Source: a virus | Lineage: Duplodnaviria; Caudoviricetes | DNA: 24,217 bases | IMG/VR virus record: IMGVR_UViG_3300032227_000608 | Location: 1-24,217 of that record | Direction: 5' to 3' (one strand) | Shown here: in pieces, positions 17,926 to 24,068 of the stretch | Layout: the number at the start of each line of letters is the position of its first letter | Numbering within the stretch: the first letter of the stretch is position 1 | The notes under the pieces: generated by a model | Told to the model about the DNA's origin: nothing | What the model saw: the letters and a program-made list of their open reading frames with translations, nothing else | Databases searched by the model: none | Made by a program: the position numbers and the translations under genes

Positions 17926-18410
17926 CCACGACGCTCGAGGACGCCAACCGACAGATGCGGGCGGCAGTTAAGCATCGGCTCGACAACACGGACCCGGCCG
18001 ACGAGAAGCTCATCGGCTACAAGCTCGACCAGGGCGACCCCGAGCCGACGCCGTGCTGCGATGGTCGGCCAATGCGTGGAGACTCGTTGCTGCGTGATGC
18101 AGTTCACCCGGTCTCGCAGCGGTACTTCGACCTACTGGAGACGCTGCGTCTTCTGCACCTATCCAAGAGTGCGGGATACGGCTGCCCAGACGGCACCGAT
18201 CCGCTGCTCAACATCCGACGCGGTGCCGAGTTTGTCGGGATCCCGGCGTGGCAGGGCGCGATGGTGCGGCTGTCCGATAAGGTCACGCGGTTGGCAGTGT
18301 TCAACAAGACCGGCAACCTGCCGCACGAGTCGGTCGAGGACACGCTGCTGGATCTGGCGTCCTACAGCCTGCTGGCGTTGCTGCTGTACCAGGAGGAGCA
18401 GGGTGGATAG
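17922..18410 (+). CDS. DUF1599 / nucleotide-modification-associated domain 1-like protein
   Basis: 'K...YG...DPL.N', 'VRLSDKVTRL' and 'ESVEDTLLDLASY' motifs. Confidence 0.8.
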   Translation: MTTTLEDANRQMRAAVKHRLDNTDPADEKLIGYKLDQGDPEPTPCCDGRPMRGDSLLRDAVHPVSQRYFDLLETLRLLHLSKSAGYGCPDGTDPLLNIRRGAEFVGIPAWQGAMVRLSDKVTRLAVFNKTGNLPHESVEDTLLDLASYSLLALLLYQEEQGG

Positions 18411-18603
18411 CCTTCGGCCTGCCCTTACCGAGGACGACCTGGTCCGCATGGAGCACCGGGCCCGCAAGTTTCAGGGTGCCTACACGGGCACCTCGGGCAC
18501 GCTGGCCGCCGACGTGATCCGGCTGCTGGCTGAGCGGGCCAGGCTCCTGTGCGAGCTCGCCCGTGCGGAAGAGCGAATCACGTACTGGCAGGGCCGAGAC
18601 TGA
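18403..18603 (+). CDS. Hypothetical protein (66 aa)
   Basis: GTG at 18403 after AGGAGGAG; reads MDSLRPALTEDDLVRMEHRARKF... Confidence 0.65.
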   Translation: MDSLRPALTEDDLVRMEHRARKFQGAYTGTSGTLAADVIRLLAERARLLCELARAEERITYWQGRD

Positions 18604-18604
18604 G

Positions 18605-18669
18605 CCGGGCGGCGGGTTGAGGCGGCGTAGGGTCATCCTTTCCCCCGCGACGCCTCCCCGCTTGCCTGG
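18605..18669. terminator. Long GC-rich imperfect hairpin between convergent transcription units
   Basis: CCGGGCGGCGGG..GAGGCG pairs with CGCCTC-CCCGCTTGCCTGG (some G-U pairs on +). It fills the gap between two convergent stop codons; no U-tract. Confidence 0.55.
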
Positions 18670-18670
18670 G

Positions 18671-18973
18671 TCACGGCAGATTCGTGAACGACGGGGACGC
18701 GCTGCTGGCCCGTTGCACAGCACGCTTGCCGGCACCGACACGTTTCCAGCCACGCTCTAGGTATGAGTGCTCAACGCACCGGTACGCAAAGAACGGGTAT
18801 ATGACCCAGCTGACTCCCAGCGTACAGGCAGCCGCGCCAAAGCTAATCAGTGCGTGCTTCCAAACACCCTTGTAGGCAAAGTAGAAGACGCCAAACACCA
18901 AGCATCCGAGAAACGCACCGATCTCCGAAACGCTTTGCGTGTATCCGTTTTGCGGGTTTTTGAAAGAGGCCAT
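18671..18973 (-). CDS. Small membrane protein, DUF2628-like
   Basis: 'FKNPQNG', 'FGVFYFAYKGVW' and 'YLERGW' flanking hydrophobic segments; AGGAGG RBS. Confidence 0.7.
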   Translation of the reverse strand: MASFKNPQNGYTQSVSEIGAFLGCLVFGVFYFAYKGVWKHALISFGAAACTLGVSWVIYPFFAYRCVEHSYLERGWKRVGAGKRAVQRASSASPSFTNLP

Positions 18974-19037
18974 GACGCCCTCCTGTTAGGGAGACAAACC
19001 TACGGCCGACGGGTCGTGCTAGGCAACTGAACGCCTG

Positions 19038-19964
19038 TCACACGGCCGGCTTTTTGGGCGGCCCGCCTAGGTCGAGCGGCGGCAGGAAGTCCAGGGCCGA
19101 CTCGACCCCGGTGATTCGCTCGTCGTAGTAGTGCGTCTCAGCCATTTCCTCAGAGGAGTGCCCCAGCTGTTTCTTGGCCGACTTGCCCGCCAACTTGAGG
19201 TACGAGGCCGTCGCCTTGCGGATGCTGTGAAACGGGTGGTACGGCACACCGGCCGAGCGGCACAGAACCTTGAGGCTGGCGTAGCAGCTCAGGATCTTGC
19301 GGTCCTCGAGCCAGGGCCACACGAGGGCGTCTGGCGGCCCAGCCTGGGTGGCCATCATCCGGGCCAGTTCGGGCGTAATCGCCCGCGTAATCGTCTCCTG
19401 GCGGCCCTTGCGGGTGGCGGCCAAGAAGGTGATGGTGCACCGCTCCAGGTCTACCTCACGCCACCGCAGGGCTAGTACGGCCCCGATCCGCTCCCCGGTC
19501 TGGAACATGGCCTGCAGCTTCGTGAGCCAGTACCAGGCCGCTGGCTTGCCCGCTACGGTCCCCTTGCGGTACCGGGCGGCCCGCACCAAGGCGCTGAGCT
19601 CGTCGGCCGTGTAGGCCAACGGGCGCGGCTTAGGGACGCGCGGGCGGGCGTAGTCCGGGAACTCGAGCAACTCGCCGTTGGCTTTCTTCCAGCGCTTTTT
19701 GGCGAGCCAAGTCCACAGGCTTCGCAGGTGGGCCGAGTCTTTTGCGAGGCTCGCCGGGCTAATCATCTTCCACCTGCTATGCTGCGTCGTCTGACGCCAG
19801 CGCAGGAACTTGGCCGCAGTCAGGTCGTCGAGGTCATCGACGGTCGGCTCATGGCCCAAGAAGTCGCGGAATCGGTCGAGAGTGGCCTCGTACATGGCCA
19901 CGGTCCTGTCGCACAGATTCTTCAGCGGCGCGACTCGGTCTAGCAGCAGTTCTCGCAGGGTCAT
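19038..19964 (-). CDS. int: Tyrosine recombinase/integrase (308 aa)
   Basis: Catalytic R (TGERIG), HxxR (FHSIR), LGHS and Y (ETHY). AAAAGGAG RBS precedes ATG 19964, so the ORF-track extension to 20465 is unlikely. Confidence 0.92.
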   Translation of the reverse strand: MTLRELLLDRVAPLKNLCDRTVAMYEATLDRFRDFLGHEPTVDDLDDLTAAKFLRWRQTTQHSRWKMISPASLAKDSAHLRSLWTWLAKKRWKKANGELLEFPDYARPRVPKPRPLAYTADELSALVRAARYRKGTVAGKPAAWYWLTKLQAMFQTGERIGAVLALRWREVDLERCTITFLAATRKGRQETITRAITPELARMMATQAGPPDALVWPWLEDRKILSCYASLKVLCRSAGVPYHPFHSIRKATASYLKLAGKSAKKQLGHSSEEMAETHYYDERITGVESALDFLPPLDLGGPPKKPAV

Positions 19965-19995
19965 TTCGGCGTCTCCTTTTTTGCCAAGGGACGCT

Positions 19996-20023
19996 AGTCT
20001 ACGGTACGTGTACAGTTGTCCAA
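19996..20023 (-). promoter_or_regulatory. Putative sigma70-type promoter for int
   Basis: Minus strand TTGGAC-N16-TAGACT, ~30 nt upstream of the int start. Confidence 0.45.
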
Positions 20024-20170
20024 CCTGCACCCCGTCCGCTCGAACAATGTGCCCTTGGCGGGCTGTTTCATACTGTACAGACTTTCGAGTGCCACGGGCA
20101 AGGCGAGTCGCCTGCGGCGTCGTTTCGGACGTGCTGCCGGCGGCTTGCGAATACTTGGCTCCTCGGCGGT

Positions 20171-20198
20171 TTGACTCACCTAACGCTGTCGATACATT
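20171..20198 (+). promoter_or_regulatory. Putative promoter giving a leaderless mRNA for the HTH gene
   Basis: TTGACT-N16-TACATT with the ATG 7 nt after the -10 box and no clear SD. Confidence 0.6.
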
Positions 20199-20205
20199 CT
20201 GGGGC

Positions 20206-20451
20206 ATGGTTGTGGCATCGCCGGACAAAGAGTGGCTGACAGTTGCCGAGGCCGCAGAGGCCGCAGGCTGCACCGTCGGCTGGATCAGGCTGCTGCTGGG
20301 GCGAGGCGACCTTGCCGGCTGGAAGGCTGGCGAGCGGGCCTGGCTGGTCGACGCGGCAGCAGCTCGAGCTCTACGCGGCTCGCTGTCCGTGCGGAGCGTC
20401 GGCCAGCGCGAGGGCACTAAGCCAACCAGCAAACGCCGGAAGTCTCGGTAG
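20206..20451 (+). CDS. Excisionase-like / MerR-type HTH DNA-binding protein
   Basis: 'WLTVAEAAEAAGCTVGWIRLLL..G.L.G.K.G..AWLV' matches the HTH_17 pattern; divergent from int. Confidence 0.85.
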   Translation: MVVASPDKEWLTVAEAAEAAGCTVGWIRLLLGRGDLAGWKAGERAWLVDAAAARALRGSLSVRSVGQREGTKPTSKRRKSR

Positions 20452-20484
20452 TTTGTGCCGTCCAAAAATCTTTGCGGACTGCCC

Positions 20485-20514
20485 TTGACGGTGAACTAAC
20501 GATAACGCTAGTGT
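20485..20514 (+). promoter_or_regulatory. Putative promoter overlapping a 16-bp palindrome
   Basis: TTGACG-N18-TAGTGT; followed by the inverted repeat CGTCATCAC-G-GTGATGGCG at 20521-20539. Confidence 0.45.
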
Positions 20515-20564
20515 GCCGCTCGTCATCACGGTGATGGCGACCACGACTTCAAAAGGGTGGTGCA

Positions 20565-20645
20565 ATGAACACGCAAGTTTTGATCGAGCTGCTTGTGGTG
20601 GTGCTCAGGATCTTGGCCGCTGGTCAGTTCTGTGGACCCAACTAA
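20565..20645 (+). CDS. 26-aa hydrophobic peptide MNTQVLIELLVVVLRILAAGQFCGPN
   Basis: Read directly from the sequence (below the ORF-track cutoff); purine-rich AAAAGGGTGG upstream and a candidate promoter. Confidence 0.55.
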   Translation: MNTQVLIELLVVVLRILAAGQFCGPN

Positions 20646-20717
20646 CGGTAGCGATAGCCACACGCATTCACGACTTGGACCTTCAACGCAGTGGTTTCTT
20701 GGCTGATTTTTGGACGC

Positions 20718-20745
20718 TTGACTCAACTGGATACAGGCGTACAGT
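20718..20745 (+). promoter_or_regulatory. Putative sigma70-type early promoter
   Basis: TTGACT-N16-TACAGT upstream of an AAAGGAG RBS and ATG 20775. Confidence 0.6.
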
Positions 20746-20774
20746 ACGCCACCCAAACCAAAGGAGATCGCACG

Positions 20775-21005
20775 ATGACGACCGATCCGCACTACCGCGA
20801 AGCCTGTGCCGCCCAAGCCGCGATGGCTGACTTCTACGGCCAGGTCTGGAAGCCAAAGGCCGGCGACCGCGTCCGCTGCCCGCGAGCGTTCGGCGGTGGC
20901 TATCAGGAGGGCACGGTGGTTGGCCCTGAACGCAACGGCTGGCTGGTCGACACGCCCGATGGCCGGCTGGCCATGTTCACCGAAGAGCTCGAGCGGCTCA
21001 GGTAG
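20775..21005 (+). CDS. Small protein with an SH3/KOW-like beta barrel
   Basis: 'GDRVRC......EGTVVG.....WLVD' pattern; strong RBS. Confidence 0.7.
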   Translation: MTTDPHYREACAAQAAMADFYGQVWKPKAGDRVRCPRAFGGGYQEGTVVGPERNGWLVDTPDGRLAMFTEELERLR

Positions 21006-21036
21006 CCACGGAATCACGGGGGATTTGGCACACCAT

Positions 21037-21065
21037 TTGCCCCCCCCCCCCCCCCCACATATCTT
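21037..21065 (+). promoter_or_regulatory. Putative promoter with a poly-C spacer
   Basis: TTGCCC (21037-42), 17-nt spacer (C14ACA), TATCTT (21060-65). Confidence 0.55.
21040..21056 (+). repeat. C17 homopolymer tract
   Basis: 17 consecutive C; by far the longest homopolymer seen in the window. Confidence 0.95.
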
Positions 21066-21228
21066 GCCCCCTCGCTGGGGCGGCCGACCCACCAACACAT
21101 CGCAAGAGGGGATCAACCACCACGAACACGGAGACCCGGTGGAACCGGGCAACGCAAGGACGCAGCTGCCGGCTACCCAGGACGGGGACACCGGCTTTCA
21201 CAAAGGACGCAACGCGAAAGGACACGAC

Positions 21229-22026
21229 ATGAGCACGGAGCTCAGCACAACAACGACGCCTGCGAGGGGGCTGGCCCTCGCTTCATTCGATGACGCTTTC
21301 CGCTTTTCCAAGATGGTGGCGGCAAGCGACTTCGCACCCAAGGATTTCCGGGGCAAGCCCGAGTCCTGCCTGCTGGCGATTCAGCACGGCAGCGAGATCG
21401 GGCTGAGCCCGATGCAGTCGCTTCAGAACATCGCCTGCATCAACGGTCGGCCGGCGATCTGGGGTGACGCCGCCCTGGCGGTCGCCATGGCCTCGGCCGT
21501 GTGCGAGTCGGTCACGGAGACCATAGACGGCGAAGGCGACAACATGGTCGCCACGTGCAGCGCCAAACGGCGAGGCTACGAACGGCCCACCGTGGTGCGG
21601 TTCTCGGTGGCCGACGCCAAGAAGGCGGGCTTGTGGGGCAAGACCGGCCCGTGGACCCAGTACCCGCGCCGCATGCTGCAGCTGCGTGCCCGTGGCTTTG
21701 CCCTGCGTGACGCCTTTCCCGACGTGCTCAAGGGGCTGGTGACGGCCGAAGAGGCTCACGACTACCCGGCGGCCCACGTGACGGCTGAGCCGGTTGTCGT
21801 GCGTCCTGCGACGCCGCAGCCGGCTGATGAGCGTGTCGACCAGTACGAGGTGGCTCGGGCCGCCATCGACGCTGAGCGGGACATTCCCAAGCTGGTCCGC
21901 ATGCGGACGCACATCGACAAGCGGCTCAAGGAAAAGGCGTTCACGCCGTTCCAGGCCGACGAGCTGCTCGACCAGATCCACGCCCGCGTCGAGTTCCTTG
22001 AGAACGAAGGCAAGGTGCACGCATGA
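21229..22026 (+). CDS. RecT/Redbeta-like single-strand annealing protein (265 aa)
   Basis: 'GSEIGLSPMQSLQNIACINGRPAIWGD' and 'WTQYPRRMLQLRARGFALRDAFPDVLKG' motifs; ATG 21229 with AAAGGA RBS. Confidence 0.85.
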   Translation: MSTELSTTTTPARGLALASFDDAFRFSKMVAASDFAPKDFRGKPESCLLAIQHGSEIGLSPMQSLQNIACINGRPAIWGDAALAVAMASAVCESVTETIDGEGDNMVATCSAKRRGYERPTVVRFSVADAKKAGLWGKTGPWTQYPRRMLQLRARGFALRDAFPDVLKGLVTAEEAHDYPAAHVTAEPVVVRPATPQPADERVDQYEVARAAIDAERDIPKLVRMRTHIDKRLKEKAFTPFQADELLDQIHARVEFLENEGKVHA

Positions 22027-22190
22027 GCGACGCCAACGCCCTAGCCGCCCGCTCCATCGCCAAGGTGATGCGGCGTGCCCTGTCCCAGAACGAGCAGACG
22101 CCTTCCGAGGAGCTGCTGTCCTTTCGCACGTTGTGCGAGGCGGCCCTGCCGGTGCTCGAGCAGATTGCCGCACAGGAGGAGTCCAACTGA
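22023..22190 (+). CDS. Hypothetical protein (55 aa, MSDANALAARSIAKVMRRAL...)
   Basis: Not in the ORF track; ATGA overlap upstream and TGATG overlap downstream fill the gap exactly. Confidence 0.7.
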   Translation: MSDANALAARSIAKVMRRALSQNEQTPSEELLSFRTLCEAALPVLEQIAAQEESN

Positions 22191-22432
22191 TGGCGATCTA
22201 CGTGAACACCACCGAGAGGCTGACGCACGAAGACGTTGCCAAGCGGCTGGCAAGCATCGGGCAGCCGAAGTTGGCAACCGCCGTCAGGCGGCTTGGCGAG
22301 GACGCTGACGACCAGGCGAGCCGGTACGCCAGCCTGCTCAGCGAATACACGCGAATCGTTAACAGGATGGCCGGGCCACGGCCATCGACTCAGCCAGTGT
22401 CATACAAGCCAGGACCAATGAGTGACGGATAG
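22190..22432 (+). CDS. Hypothetical protein (80 aa)
   Basis: ATG 22190 with AGGAGGAG RBS. Confidence 0.7.
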   Translation: MAIYVNTTERLTHEDVAKRLASIGQPKLATAVRRLGEDADDQASRYASLLSEYTRIVNRMAGPRPSTQPVSYKPGPMSDG

Positions 22433-22444
22433 CAAAACGCACAA

Positions 22445-22599
22445 CGGCCCGCCCTGGCCGCAGTCGCTGCCAAATCCGGCGGCGTGGGCAGCCCAGCAGA
22501 CGGTGGCTAGTAACCGCTGCAGTCGAGGCCGCATCACCTCCGTTGCCACGGTGACTCGACCGGATGCCCCACGTCACGGGGCCGAAACACAAGGACGTG
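22445..22599 (+). ncRNA. Candidate structured RNA element (family not recognised)
   Basis: Five consecutive hairpins plus loop-to-strand complementarities in an intergenic gap. Confidence 0.5.
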
Positions 22600-22603
22600 A
22601 ACG

Positions 22604-22741
22604 ATGCCTCAGCGGCAGTTGATCGACAAGGCTCGTGTGCTGCAGCTGCTGGCGAATGGCCTGAGGCCAACGGACGTGGCTAAGCGGCTGGGCATAACGA
22701 AGTCCAGTGTCAGCCGCATCGTCAAGGAGCAGACGACATGA
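22604..22741 (+). CDS. 45-aa HTH protein
   Basis: MPQRQLIDKARVLQLLANGLRPTDVAKRLGITKSSVSRIVKEQTT has a clear HTH; AAGGA RBS; not in the ORF track. Confidence 0.8.
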   Translation: MPQRQLIDKARVLQLLANGLRPTDVAKRLGITKSSVSRIVKEQTT

Positions 22742-23040
22742 GCGACTACTTCAGCGAGAGCGTGGCGGATCTGCCGCTCTTCCGGCGCACCGATCCGGTC
22801 ACCAGCAAGATCGCCGGCACCATGGCCCGCGAGTTTCGCGGCGACCATGAGCGGAAGATCCTCGAGGCGCTGGCCGCGGGGCCGGGCACCAAGGACGAGA
22901 TCGCCGGCCGCTGTGGGCTCAGCGAGCAGCAGGTCGCACGGCGCATGCACGGGCTCGCACGGGCCGGGCTTGTGGAGACCACGGGCACGACCAGGCCGAG
23001 CGCGAGCGGACGACCGGAGCGTGTGTGGAGGGCTGTCTGA
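22738..23040 (+). CDS. Winged-HTH DNA-binding protein
   Basis: 'RRTDPVTS' N-terminal motif, 'TKDEIAGRCGLSEQQVARRM..L...GLV' and 'SGRPERVW' wing. Confidence 0.8.
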   Translation: MSDYFSESVADLPLFRRTDPVTSKIAGTMAREFRGDHERKILEALAAGPGTKDEIAGRCGLSEQQVARRMHGLARAGLVETTGTTRPSASGRPERVWRAV

Positions 23041-23939
23041 TGCAATCAACAGAGCCAAACAATACATGCGATATCTACCGCCGGAGAATATCCGAGCTTC
23101 GCGACAGAGGCGACGTCAACGCGTTGGCCGAGATGGTTGAGACGTGGTACTCGCGTTGTGATTTCGCAAGCGGCTTTGACGGCGAGTTGATTGTTGACCT
23201 TGGAGTCACCGACCGTGGGGTTGTGTGGATTGAAACACCACGCGGAACCATTGAGTTCTGCCCTGATCGCTTGCGGTGGCGTCTAGTAGAGCCTCCCTCA
23301 GATGCAACCCAATCGGCAAAGTGCCATTACGTGATGGCGCGTATCGCTGAGGTCGCGCAAGTTCCGTTTGCCTACCTATGTGGTGTTCGTGACGCAGTTG
23401 CGGTCATCGAGCGCGTGCAGAAACGTGGCCTTAGTGATGAAGTGCGAAGGCTTACTGCCGAGCAGCGCAAGATAACGAAAGACATCCGCGCAAAAAGAAT
23501 AGCTCTGGATGCGGTCGTTGTTTCACTGGATCAAGCCGGCTCGCTAGAGCGCGTCAACAGCAAGAACTACCCAGACGCACCCGCAGGCACGCTGTCTTGG
23601 GAAGAGCTTCGCCAGCATTTCCGCGACTGCCCAGGCGTTTATTTTGCGTGGGAGTCAGGGCGAATCGTCTATGTCGGTGTGACTGAAAAGGGAATGCATA
23701 GCCGCCTACAGAGCGGCCATCACGCAGTCACATCGCGAGATCGCTTTAGTTTCATTGAGATGCCATGCAACGAAGTGTACTTCGCTGAAAACGTCTACAT
23801 CAGCAGGTATGCGCCTGAGCGGAATGCTTGCGTTGCCCAGGCACTTGGGTTGAGGAAGGGAGGCCATCGTGGCAGGAGAAGAGAGCCAGCAAGTGCAAAA
23901 CGATCTGCCGCTGTTTCCGTGGGATCGGGAAATAGTTGA
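23040..23939 (+). CDS. Protein with a C-terminal GIY-YIG nuclease domain
   Basis: 'PGVYF.......VYVGVT......RL...H' plus 'AE..YI....P..N'. Confidence 0.75.
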   Translation: MQSTEPNNTCDIYRRRISELRDRGDVNALAEMVETWYSRCDFASGFDGELIVDLGVTDRGVVWIETPRGTIEFCPDRLRWRLVEPPSDATQSAKCHYVMARIAEVAQVPFAYLCGVRDAVAVIERVQKRGLSDEVRRLTAEQRKITKDIRAKRIALDAVVVSLDQAGSLERVNSKNYPDAPAGTLSWEELRQHFRDCPGVYFAWESGRIVYVGVTEKGMHSRLQSGHHAVTSRDRFSFIEMPCNEVYFAENVYISRYAPERNACVAQALGLRKGGHRGRRREPASAKRSAAVSVGSGNS

Positions 23940-24057
23940 CCCCATGCAGGTTCATTACGTCGCCGCACGCGTTGCGGCAAACCTGCATATAGGCGTTGGA
24001 TACGCCGAGTCTCGGTTTGTAAGGCCGTATGTCGCATACGACTTGCTCGAGTGGTGA
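23869..24057 (+). CDS. Hypothetical protein (62 aa)
   Basis: GTG with a strong AAGGGAGG RBS; overlaps the low-complexity tail of the GIY-YIG gene. Confidence 0.5.
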   Translation: MAGEESQQVQNDLPLFPWDREIVDPMQVHYVAARVAANLHIGVGYAESRFVRPYVAYDLLEW

Positions 24058-24068
24058 AAGGTTTTGAC

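Noticed and set aside
18974-20205. attP site flanking int
   Set aside because: No core sequence can be identified without the host genome or prophage junctions.
19965-20465. 167-aa N-terminal extension of the integrase
   Set aside because: It overlaps the HTH gene antisense and the promoter region; a strong RBS precedes ATG 19964.
20806-21228. Poly-Pro N-terminal extension of the RecT-like protein read through the C17 tract (translational phase variation)
   Set aside because: No RBS, overlaps the 20775-21005 gene and looks non-protein-like; the promoter-spacer reading fits better, though this is not formally excluded.
22422-22622. 66-aa ORF across the structured intergenic region
   Set aside because: No recognisable protein features, and the dense base-pairing is better explained at the RNA level.
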